Under the pieces are notes generated by a model that worked only from the letters and a program-made list of their open reading frames with translations, did not search any database and was not told the origin of the DNA. The translations under genes were made by a program, and so were the position numbers. 64,000 nucleotides of DNA from IMG/VR virus record IMGVR_UViG_3300050139_000358, positions 7,459 through 71,458 of that record; one strand, 5' to 3'. The first letter of the stretch is position 1. Each line of letters starts with the position of its first letter. Below, piece after piece: positions 9,397 through 17,483 of the stretch. Source of the DNA: a virus.

Positions 9397-10494
9397 TTAG
9401 ACTACAATCATATCCATCAAAAAATCCCTGGCGTCCGTACAATCAATGAACCCTTGATGGGTTCCTCCGGCACGATCCGGGTGATGCTTCATTACCGCGC
9501 GTGCATAGGCCTTTTTTATAGCTTCCGACATTGCCGGCCATGGTGCCACGCCCAGCAGCTTCAATGCCCAGGAAAGATCGTCTCTTGGCAGCTCAACCAC
9601 TCTTTCAGTAAAAGCCCCGCCTTTGATAAAAAACTTTCTGCACCGCTTTTTCGCCTGCTTCTCGGTGTAAAAGGTACGGCGGTACGTTTTGTGATAAAAA
9701 CACTGCTCATTTTCCATGCTTTCCCGGTCGAGAATGGTTGCATAAACCACCATCGCCCGCCAGCCACTACGCAAATAGCCTTTTCCGCAAAACGGATAGC
9801 GATCGACAAATATATGCTGGTCGGTTGTCTTGATGATGCGGTGGCGCTTCCAGTCAGAACGATAGCTCCCCTCGTTGTAATTGACATAGACAAACTCGAC
9901 ATTCCCGGTAGTGGTGGAGCTGGAAGGGGTGGCGAATTTACGTTGCGCCTCTTTTCGGCGGATGTGGTTCGTTATTTCATGGCTGCCAAAACACATGGAG
10001 AGGGTTCCATCTGCCCAATAACCGATAAACGGGCTTTTGGCGCCGCCATAGGCAACAGCGGCTGTTTGCAGTGCATCCTCGGAATCATGATCTTCAAAGG
10101 CGAATGGCTCAGCCCCGATCATGCAGTCAATCAAGTTGTGCCAAGCTGCCAACGTGTATTTACCCGACTGGCGCTTGATGTATGAAACCACGGGCGCTTT
10201 GGAGTTGGGATTCCTGAAGAATCCAACAAAATCTTTGTTATTTTCGCAACCCAGACGAAAGTCGGCCTTCAGCCCGTATTGGTCAGCAATCCTTTCCACT
10301 TCGCGCTTGGTGTCGGCGAGGCCGGACAGAAGAAGGTCTGACCCGCAAATTCCGCTATAAATTGCCCACAAATACGGCTTTCCGTTGCGAATTGCCGGGC
10401 AGTTTGATGTAAGCGAGCCATCAGTGCCGCCCAGAAGACGCAGCGTGCTTGCCGATTCCGGGTACTCATCAAGCTGGAAAACGGAAATTATCAA
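9397..10494 (-). CDS. Protein with C-terminal DnaJ (J) domain; start uncertain
   Basis: ALKLLGV...IKKAYARAVMKHHPDRAGG..F (HPD motif). TTG start without a clear RBS. Confidence 0.7.
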   Translation of the reverse strand: MIISVFQLDEYPESASTLRLLGGTDGSLTSNCPAIRNGKPYLWAIYSGICGSDLLLSGLADTKREVERIADQYGLKADFRLGCENNKDFVGFFRNPNSKAPVVSYIKRQSGKYTLAAWHNLIDCMIGAEPFAFEDHDSEDALQTAAVAYGGAKSPFIGYWADGTLSMCFGSHEITNHIRRKEAQRKFATPSSSTTTGNVEFVYVNYNEGSYRSDWKRHRIIKTTDQHIFVDRYPFCGKGYLRSGWRAMVVYATILDRESMENEQCFYHKTYRRTFYTEKQAKKRCRKFFIKGGAFTERVVELPRDDLSWALKLLGVAPWPAMSEAIKKAYARAVMKHHPDRAGGTHQGFIDCTDARDFLMDMIVV

Positions 10495-10566
10495 GATTTT
10501 AGATTCGGCTGGATCATATTTATTGCCGCGCCGTTCGACCAGACAAGTCGCAGACTCGCCTTGCTT

Positions 10567-11139
10567 TTAGCCTGTCTTTTTTTCTCCGCCCGATATCCAC
10601 TTATGCGCTTTGTATTGCAGAGCTTCTGCATACGCGCGGGCATCAGAGTCCGCCCAGACTGGCTTTTCTTTCCCATCTTCAAGTAGGAAGTAGTTGATAA
10701 CTTCTTGTGTTTCTCGTGTAGCAACGAGAAATTTATTTGTCACATCTACTCCTGCTTGAATTACCAGGTCGTTAGGGTCAACTTTATTTTGGTGCGCGTG
10801 ACCTTTTTCTCTTCTCTCGGCAAGCTCTTCTTTACTTAGTATCAACGGGTTCATTTTCTCATCTCTTATTTTGCTTGCAAAGGACGCAATTCGGTCGATC
10901 TCACGCTGGAGTGACGGGCTGAACCTGGATACATCGCAATCAAAGCGCTTGGCAAATTTCACTGACACCTCAACATTCAGCGGAATCTTTCCGTTCAGGT
11001 ACTGGCTTACCGCGCTCTGATTGGCAAATCCTAAATCATCAGCAAGCTGTGCCTGTGTTAGCCCGGATTTGCTCTTGAATATCACCATTAGTTTGGCGGA
11101 ATCCTCTTTTTGCTCTTCTGTAAGTGGTTTTGCTGGCAT
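10567..11139 (-). CDS. cI: CI-like repressor (XRE HTH)
   Basis: LTQAQLADDLGFANQSAVSQYLNGKIPLN, lambda-CI-like N-terminus. Divergent from cro. Confidence 0.85.
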   Translation of the reverse strand: MPAKPLTEEQKEDSAKLMVIFKSKSGLTQAQLADDLGFANQSAVSQYLNGKIPLNVEVSVKFAKRFDCDVSRFSPSLQREIDRIASFASKIRDEKMNPLILSKEELAERREKGHAHQNKVDPNDLVIQAGVDVTNKFLVATRETQEVINYFLLEDGKEKPVWADSDARAYAEALQYKAHKWISGGEKKTG

Positions 11140-11173
11140 TTTATCAATTTATTACAAAAGCTAATAATCAAGA

Positions 11174-11223
11174 AACAGTCGGACTGTTGACATGCTTGAA
11201 CAGTCGGACTAATATTCACCCAT
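11174..11223 (+). promoter_or_regulatory. PR-like promoter with two operators; cro mRNA probably leaderless
   Basis: TTGACA 11187-11192, 17 nt, TAATAT 11210-11215. Palindrome AACAGTCGGACTGTT at 11174-11188 and a second copy at 11199-11213. ATG is 6 nt after the -10 box. Confidence 0.88.
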
Positions 11224-11443
11224 GAAAACTAACAACCTAAAATTAATTCGCGAACAGCTCGGCTTATCTCAGGCTGAATTTGCTGCTGCAATTGGGGTAT
11301 CCCAAGGAAATATCAGCCACTACGACTGTCAGCGACAGGAAGTTCCTCCGGATGTCGCTAGGCGAGTGATTTGCGTTGCTCAAGAGCGTGGGATCGAAGT
11401 TTCCTTCGACGATATTTATGGCGCGCAAAGGGCCTCTGCCTGA
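11222..11443 (+). CDS. cro: Cro-like HTH regulator
   Basis: 73-aa XRE HTH (LSQAEFAAAIGVSQGNISHY), divergent from cI. Confidence 0.85.
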   Translation: MKTNNLKLIREQLGLSQAEFAAAIGVSQGNISHYDCQRQEVPPDVARRVICVAQERGIEVSFDDIYGAQRASA

Positions 11444-11499
11444 TGCGATCACGCAAACAAGAATGCTTCCTCCCTGAAGCTGGCTCTCCCCGAGCCTTT

Positions 11500-11527
11500 T
11501 CCGCGCCGGTATGGGCGGATTTTTTAT
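11500..11527 (+). terminator. tR1-like terminator
   Basis: TCCGC...GCGGA stem followed by TTTTTT, after cro. Confidence 0.45.
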
Positions 11528-11647
11528 TCCCGAAAGGCGCGACATGATCCTCGCGCCTAAATTATTCACTGCGTTTCTTTTTTCCATGCTGCGCAGTTTC
11601 TCACCAGCTATTCGATAGCGTAAGACGAAAAAAATAGGGAGTTCGCC

Positions 11648-12109
11648 ATGAGAATTACAAGACCAACAAAACACACGCACCGCGCGCTATTTCTGGCGTT
11701 GCAGGCAGACGCAAAAGAGTTCCCTGGCGGAATCCGCGCCATCGCCGAAGCGATGTGCATGAACGGAAATACCCTGTCGAACGGAATCAACCCGGATCAC
11801 GAAGCGCCACCTCCATCATTCGCAGTCATCCTTGAGATCGTTGTGCTGGCGCAGTCCAAGCGCACTGTGTTTGCGCTGGCTCAGCTCGTCGGACAGGTTC
11901 CAATGGATTTTGAGCTTGAGCAAAGGGCACCCGCTGAATCAGTTCGGATGTTCCTGTCGCTTATTGGAACGGCATCAGACTTGTTGGGCAAGGGATCTGA
12001 AGCGGCCAAGGATGGAAAGTTTGACCCAGATGAACGCCGGATGCTTGAACCGCTGTTGCTGTCTCTGATGAAGGCTACCGGCGAGCTATTGCAGGCAGTC
12101 AGAGGGTGA
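11648..12109 (+). CDS. CII-like phage regulatory protein
   Basis: Position after cro. FPGGIRAIAEAM..N..TL.N.INP and DGKFDPDER motifs. Confidence 0.7.
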   Translation: MRITRPTKHTHRALFLALQADAKEFPGGIRAIAEAMCMNGNTLSNGINPDHEAPPPSFAVILEIVVLAQSKRTVFALAQLVGQVPMDFELEQRAPAESVRMFLSLIGTASDLLGKGSEAAKDGKFDPDERRMLEPLLLSLMKATGELLQAVRG

Positions 12110-12269
12110 TTTGCGGGTTCTTTGAATTGGTTTTGAACAACATTCTCCCCGCCTAATTGTGAGCTAAGCGGATGGGAGCAGAAATAAGAGAAACGCTGTA
12201 TTTCGGGTAGGAGAAATACTGTTGGTGGAAGTGGGTAAGTAGGTAGGTGGCAGCAAAATCAGGGGGGTA

Positions 12270-12473
12270 GTGCAAATGAATAGAAACTCAAAAACAGTCG
12301 ATCAGTCAGGCGGATTACGCGCCGACTTGATCTACTGCGCTCGCGTGTATTTAAGCGAGGCAAAGAGGCGCAGGAACCAGCCAGCATTCCATGCAACGCT
12401 GTTGCGCTGGGCGGCCAATACAAGACAGAAGGCGGCTGCTTGCGTGGCGGCTCAGAGAGAGTTATTCGCATGA
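12270..12473 (+). CDS. Small hypothetical protein
   Basis: 67-aa ORF ending QRELFA, overlapping the next ATG. Confidence 0.55.
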   Translation: MQMNRNSKTVDQSGGLRADLIYCARVYLSEAKRRRNQPAFHATLLRWAANTRQKAAACVAAQRELFA

Positions 12474-12862
12474 CCAAACCATCAACCCTGCGCGATTTCT
12501 CTTTTGGCGTTGTAATGCAGATGAATTTTCGCGCTATCAATAAAATCCCAAAAGTTATTCATCACCGCAGCAATAGAGTTCCTTTTTCTGATTCTTTCAA
12601 GCGCGCAGTAGCTGAAAAATATGGATGCAAAAAAGGACAGTCATTACCAGTCAAATGCCATTACTGCGATGCGGTTGGTCTTATTCGTTGGATTGCAAAA
12701 TCATCTAATCATGTTGGATATGTAACTTTCCCATTGCTTCATCTTGACCACTATATTCCGGCGTCAAAAGGCGGTGAAACTTCCGTGGAAAACATTGTGC
12801 TTGCTTGTCCTGATTGCAACTTAGATAAGTCAGATTCTCTCGCAGAGGACTGGAAGCAATGA
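12470..12862 (+). CDS. HNH endonuclease
   Basis: CHYC...HLDHYIPASKGG....NIVLACPDCNLDK. Confidence 0.88.
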   Translation: MTKPSTLRDFSFGVVMQMNFRAINKIPKVIHHRSNRVPFSDSFKRAVAEKYGCKKGQSLPVKCHYCDAVGLIRWIAKSSNHVGYVTFPLLHLDHYIPASKGGETSVENIVLACPDCNLDKSDSLAEDWKQ

Positions 12863-13629
12863 ACTACTACGAACGCCACCTCGGCGACTTTGTGCGCGAT
12901 ACGGCGCACCTATCAATGATCGAGGAAGGTGCTTATAACCGTCTGCTAGATCGCTACTACGCAACTGAAACAGGAATACCTGCTGATCAGGCGCACCGGG
13001 TTGCAAGGGCGCGAAGCAAAGAAGAGAAGTTGGCCGTCGATGTTGTACTGGGCGAGTTCTTTACGCTAAAGGATGGCGCTTGGGTAAAGGGCCGTGTCGA
13101 AGAAGAGATAGCCAAGGCACAAGTAAAAATAAAAGCTGCTCAAGATAATGGTAAGCGAGGCGGAAGGCCAAAAAAAGAACCCGTTGGTTCTGAAAACGAA
13201 ACCCAGAAGAAACCCACTGGGTTACCACTGGGTTCTGAAAACGAAACCCAGAAGAAAGCTCACCAGACACCAGACACCAATATATCAACCAGTCAACCAA
13301 GCGCGGTGGAGAAGTTTTTGATGCGTACCGACTGGCAACCCTCCGATCACGTTGCCGAACTCGCCAGGCAATCCGGCGCACCGTTGTTGGACAGCGATAT
13401 ACCCGAGTTCATGGCGCACTGGCTTACCAAGCCTGACACAAAGCGCACTCAGGCCGAGTGGGACAAGGCTCTGCTGCAATGCGCCAAGCACCGGAAGCTG
13501 CGCGCCGAATCTGAGCCAGTACGCAGCAAGCAATCCTCATCCGGGAAGCCGACTAAATTCGATCCAGTGGCATTCGTAAATCAAAATTCAACAGGGGGCG
13601 GAAATGAGCGCGTTATCGACATCAACTAA
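12859..13629 (+). CDS. Replication initiator (DUF1376/YdaU N-terminus, DnaT-like C-terminus)
   Basis: MNYYERHLGDF.RDT.HLS..E.GAY.RLLD.YY and NGKRGGRP motifs. Internal repeats. Confidence 0.85.
   Translation: MNYYERHLGDFVRDTAHLSMIEEGAYNRLLDRYYATETGIPADQAHRVARARSKEEKLAVDVVLGEFFTLKDGAWVKGRVEEEIAKAQVKIKAAQDNGKRGGRPKKEPVGSENETQKKPTGLPLGSENETQKKAHQTPDTNISTSQPSAVEKFLMRTDWQPSDHVAELARQSGAPLLDSDIPEFMAHWLTKPDTKRTQAEWDKALLQCAKHRKLRAESEPVRSKQSSSGKPTKFDPVAFVNQNSTGGGNERVIDIN
13178..13257. repeat. Iteron-like repeats, putative replication origin
   Basis: 27-nt exact direct repeat GGTTCTGAAAACGAAACCCAGAAGAAA (13186-13212, 13231-13257) plus AACCCACTGGGTT-type palindromes. Confidence 0.65.
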
Positions 13630-14242
13630 CCGGAATGGCTGGCTGACACCGCATCCTGCGCTTGGGATTTCGCTGATGGATCACCTGTTCAATCGCATGG
13701 ACGGAAGCTACCCGCACAAGTGGCGCAGTGCATTCGCCAATGCGCAGGCGATCCAGAACTGGCGCGAATCATGGGCGGAAGGTTTTACCGAAGAGGGTAT
13801 GACGATGGACGAGATCAAGGCCGGGATTGTGACTTGCCGAAAGCTGTATGACTGGCCGCCGTCGCTCCCTGAGTTTCTGAAAGCCTGTCGTCCCGCCATT
13901 GATTCTGAGCGCGCATTCATTGAGGCCGTAGAGCAGATGCGGTTACGCGACGACGGGAAAGACTGCTGGAGCAGCCCGGTGGTGTATTGGGCGGCAGTAT
14001 CGCTGGGGAATGATCTGCGTAACAACCACTACGGCGCGATCACGAAGCGCTGGGCTGCGGCTCTGGATTTTGCTGGGAAGCGTATCAAGTCTGGCGAACT
14101 CCCTAATGAGGTTCCGCCACGCAGAGAAGCATTACCGGCACCTGGCCGTCAAAGCGTCAGCGCAGAGCAGGCGGCGGACAACATCGCAAAGCTGCATGAA
14201 ATTATAGGGAAGTCGCGCATTGTTGTTGGGGCAGAAGCATGA
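13604..14242 (+). CDS. Replication protein P-like (helicase loader)
   Basis: Follows the initiator. WPPSLPEFLKAC and WSSPVVYWAA motifs. Confidence 0.7.
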   Translation: MSALSTSTNRNGWLTPHPALGISLMDHLFNRMDGSYPHKWRSAFANAQAIQNWRESWAEGFTEEGMTMDEIKAGIVTCRKLYDWPPSLPEFLKACRPAIDSERAFIEAVEQMRLRDDGKDCWSSPVVYWAAVSLGNDLRNNHYGAITKRWAAALDFAGKRIKSGELPNEVPPRREALPAPGRQSVSAEQAADNIAKLHEIIGKSRIVVGAEA

Positions 14243-14559
14243 ACCGGATAGACCGTCATCTTGAGCTGGTTGCGCAGCACCAGCATCAGTTTCGTGGCGA
14301 CTTCACGGAATGGCTGGAAAGCAATGCCCATGTGTTCGCATACTTTGAGGAATGCGCTGTCAAGGTGTGGGAGGCCGGGTTTAAGCACTACAGTGCCCGC
14401 ACCATCGTTGAGGTGATGCGTCACCGTTCAAATGTGCGAGAGATTATTGGTGAATACAAGCTAAACGATCACCGCACGCCGGATATGGCACGGCTACACA
14501 TGCTGCTGCACCCTGAGCATCGCGGGATGTTTGAGTTCCGCGAGAGGAAAGCGGCATGA
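14239..14559 (+). CDS. Hypothetical phage protein
   Basis: Coupled ORF with HYSARTIVEVMR motif. Confidence 0.7.
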   Translation: MNRIDRHLELVAQHQHQFRGDFTEWLESNAHVFAYFEECAVKVWEAGFKHYSARTIVEVMRHRSNVREIIGEYKLNDHRTPDMARLHMLLHPEHRGMFEFRERKAA

Positions 14560-15095
14560 GCAAATTGGTCATTACCCGAACCGATGCGCCGATGCCGACT
14601 GAGCAGGAGCTTGTCGGGATCCGCAAATTTCTGTTTGAGTGCATCCGTGGCACGAACGAAGATGAAGATCGCGCCTGGAAGCGGATATGGAAACGGCTCA
14701 TCAGTCTGGAGGCCGGCGAGATTTCATTCCTCGACTTCATCATCCCGCGCAATCCCAAGTTCCACCGCAAGTTTTTCGCGTTGCTCGACATTGGATACGA
14801 CGCCTGGGAGCCGAACCGCGTGCGCAAGAGCTACAAGGGGCGAGTGATGGAGAAGAATCGCGAGCAATTCCGCGAAGACATCCTGATTCTTGCCGGGTTC
14901 TACGAGCAGACATTCGACCTGAAAGGCCGGATGTGCCTGCGCGCCAAGTCGATCAGCTTTTCCAAGATGGATGATGCAGAGTTCGAGCGCGTGTATCAGT
15001 CCGTGGTGACTGTACTGTTGCGCGAGGTGCTGACGACGTACAAGGATCGCGATGAGCTGGATGCAGTCGTGGAAAGGGTATTGGGTTTCGCATGA
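14556..15095 (+). CDS. DUF1367 / NinB-like protein
   Basis: PRNPKFHRKFFALL...AKSISFSKMD..EFE..Y. Confidence 0.8.
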   Translation: MSKLVITRTDAPMPTEQELVGIRKFLFECIRGTNEDEDRAWKRIWKRLISLEAGEISFLDFIIPRNPKFHRKFFALLDIGYDAWEPNRVRKSYKGRVMEKNREQFREDILILAGFYEQTFDLKGRMCLRAKSISFSKMDDAEFERVYQSVVTVLLREVLTTYKDRDELDAVVERVLGFA

Positions 15096-15406
15096 GCCTA
15101 CTCAAGAAACGCCGCCACGAATCTAAGAAATTGCGCGAATCCGCGCGTGGCCGGGACTGTATGGTGAGGCTACCCGGAATTTGCAACCGCAACCCTGAAA
15201 CAGTGGTGCTCGCCCATCTTAACGGCGGTGGGGCCGGGACGAAGCACAGCGACTTAATGGGGGCATTCACCTGTTCGGCATGCCATGACGAGATCGACCG
15301 CCGCACGATGAAGTGCAAAGCCGATTACGTCAAGCTGGCGCACCTGGAAGGGATTATGCGTACCCAACAGATTTTCTTGGACGAAGGAATGGTGACATTA
15401 GCATGA
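15092..15406 (+). CDS. DUF1364 / YbcO-like putative nuclease
   Basis: LRESARGRDCMVRLPGICN.NPETVVLAH...CSACHDEID. Confidence 0.85.
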   Translation: MSLLKKRRHESKKLRESARGRDCMVRLPGICNRNPETVVLAHLNGGGAGTKHSDLMGAFTCSACHDEIDRRTMKCKADYVKLAHLEGIMRTQQIFLDEGMVTLA

Positions 15407-15774
15407 GAGCAGAAAATATCCAGATGACCAATGTGGCAGAGCGCAAGTTGCGCGAGCTTGAAGAGAGTGGTTGCGAGCGAATCGGCGTGATCTTGGTCAA
15501 GCCGAAGAGCCCCTGCGGACGCCATGACCGCGTAACGGTGGACAACTTCGGAAGAGTGCAGAGCTGGCATGTCAATGGCAGTGGGGTAATGCATAGCAAG
15601 GAAGAGACCAAATTTCCGGTGCTGGACGGACTGCTGACTCAATATCTGGCGCAGGGCGCGATGATAAAGAAGCAGCACGATGAATGGTGCCTGGTTGCGG
15701 TTGACGGTGAATGCCTGGCGCACGGCGAAACGATCAGCATGATGCTGTGCTACTTGATTCTGAGGGATGCATGA
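15403..15774 (+). CDS. Hypothetical protein
   Basis: ATGA-coupled to both neighbours. Confidence 0.6.
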   Translation: MRAENIQMTNVAERKLRELEESGCERIGVILVKPKSPCGRHDRVTVDNFGRVQSWHVNGSGVMHSKEETKFPVLDGLLTQYLAQGAMIKKQHDEWCLVAVDGECLAHGETISMMLCYLILRDA

Positions 15775-16007
15775 TCCAGTGCGATCTTTGCGGGGTGGAC
15801 AACGGGAATTATGACTTCGGTCGTGATTGTTGCCTTGTTCGATTTGTGCTGCACGTACCGACCAAGACGATGCGCGCCGGATATTTGGCGTGGTGGATGC
15901 GGAAATATGGAGCTGATCGCACTGAGAGGGTGAAAGCGCTGGTTGAGAAAGCCTGGGCGGACAAAATAGCCAGTGCGAAGCAACAGGTGATTGGGGGCGG
16001 AAAGTGA
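15771..16007 (+). CDS. Hypothetical protein (Cys motif)
   Basis: ATG 15771 overlaps the previous stop. CDLC...CC. Confidence 0.55.
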   Translation: MIQCDLCGVDNGNYDFGRDCCLVRFVLHVPTKTMRAGYLAWWMRKYGADRTERVKALVEKAWADKIASAKQQVIGGGK

Positions 16008-16318
16008 AGCAGAGCGCACCAGAAGCCATGTTTGCCCTGCATTGCCGGGCGCACAAACTGACCCCGCTGGCTGAGTTCAAGTTTCACCCGGTCAGAAAGT
16101 GGCGTGCTGACTTTGCATTCCCTGCGCACATGATCCTGGTTGAGATCGAAGGGGGGGTCTGGATACAGGGTAGGCATCAGACCGGAAAGGGGTTCAGCGC
16201 GGACTGCGAGAAGTATTCGCATGCTGCATTGTTGGGGTACCGGGTATTCCGCTTCACGCCGGATATGGTGGCAAGTGGCGAAGCAGTTCAAATGATCAGG
16301 GAGGCGGTTAATGGATGA
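16004..16318 (+). CDS. PD-(D/E)XK endonuclease, DUF559/Vsr-like
   Basis: EFKFHPVRKWRADFAFP..ILVEIEGG..H...DCEKY. Confidence 0.8.
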   Translation: MKQSAPEAMFALHCRAHKLTPLAEFKFHPVRKWRADFAFPAHMILVEIEGGVWIQGRHQTGKGFSADCEKYSHAALLGYRVFRFTPDMVASGEAVQMIREAVNG

Positions 16319-16502
16319 GGCTGAATGCGCAGAGAAGTACGAGCAAGATGAACGCGATCGGATGTTAGAGAAGGCGCATGCGGCAGCAGTAGTAGAAATT
16401 CCACTTGAGTACGTTTTCCGGGAGTGCGGTGAGCCAACAACAGGTGGTAGGTGGTGCGGAGCTGGGTGTCGAGATATTTACGTTCGGAGATTCGGGATAT
16501 GA
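16311..16502 (+). CDS. Small hypothetical protein (degenerate Zn finger)
   Basis: ECGEP...RWCGAGCRD. RBS GGAGG. Confidence 0.55.
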   Translation: MDEAECAEKYEQDERDRMLEKAHAAAVVEIPLEYVFRECGEPTTGGRWCGAGCRDIYVRRFGI

Positions 16503-16527
16503 AAACGTCAACAATTGGAGGTGTCAA

Positions 16528-17064
16528 ATGAATGCAGTCGCTGAACAATTAAAATTCACCAGCCTTGATAGCGCGGTCATTTCGGCTTGTGAAATGAATC
16601 CGGCGGATAGCGATGCGGCGGCGGAGTGCCTGTTAGGAATTCTTGCCCAGGATAAGCGGCTATATGACCAGTCCCACAACTACCTGATCGAAATAGCGGT
16701 CAAGGATCTGGTGAGCAGCAAAATAACAGTGCAGCGGCGCGGGCTGTTCCGTGAAGCGCCGGTAAAAAATCAAAGTAATGCCTGCCTGCGCAAACTGTCG
16801 TCAGTCATAGCCGCTCGCGTCGGCCTGCTGAATTACCCGCTCAAGCGCGCTGGCAAGGTGCTGGCTGACGCGACCATTCAAGACCTGAAAGCAGAAGCCG
16901 CCATGCACCGGGCAAAAGCCAAGGGGAATACCAGCAAGGCTGCGTGGCTGGAGTCGATTGTCGAACACATGCAGCGCAAAAATTCCGCAACGGTGGCGGA
17001 TGCGCTTGACCATCAAGACTTGTACGGCCTCGCCATGAAGGCGGGCGTGAGCGACCTGGCTTGA
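16528..17064 (+). CDS. Hypothetical protein immediately upstream of the guide-like array
   Basis: GGAGGT RBS and ATG 16528. Its stop abuts the array. Confidence 0.75.
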   Translation: MNAVAEQLKFTSLDSAVISACEMNPADSDAAAECLLGILAQDKRLYDQSHNYLIEIAVKDLVSSKITVQRRGLFREAPVKNQSNACLRKLSSVIAARVGLLNYPLKRAGKVLADATIQDLKAEAAMHRAKAKGNTSKAAWLESIVEHMQRKNSATVADALDHQDLYGLAMKAGVSDLA

Positions 17065-17072
17065 TGATTTAC

Positions 17073-17483
17073 GAGCGGTGCGGCCGTCCCAGTCATGATG
17101 CCCAGTGTCTGATTGCCGAACTGCTCACCTTTTTGCTTGTTTCGGCCAAACTGCTTATGACGCCCAAAGGCCCGGTGTTGAGACAAGCAACCTTTTTACG
17201 GATGGCGGCCATTGGTTGTCTGATGCCCAAGAGAAGCATGCCGTCATCCACCCGTTTTTACCATAAGGAGATTTCCATATGAGCGCAGTACAAACAGTTT
17301 CGAGAGGGAAGGCCAGTTTGGCACTGATGCCCATTGAATATGTGCCCACCCCCTCTCACCCTATTGGAGTCGTCGGCCATATCGCCATTGATGCCCACGT
17401 TGCAGATGCCGATGACTCCAACCATTTTGACGCGGACGGCCACAACCGTAGTGATGCCCTGGAATCCGCTGCCGCCCGCGTCA
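17073..17483 (+). ncRNA. TIGR-like stem-loop guide RNA array, 6 units with two 9-nt spacers each
   Basis: Units at 17073-17126, 17133-17190, 17200-17249, 17302-17357, 17364-17421, 17428-17483. Core GGCCA-N9-TGAYGCCCA-N9-TG, closed by unit-specific stems with G-U pairs. Confidence 0.85.

Noticed and set aside
17073-17483. CRISPR array
   Set aside because: Constant parts are only 4-9 nt, the variable parts are 9-nt pairs, and there are no cas genes. It fits a dual-spacer stem-loop array instead.
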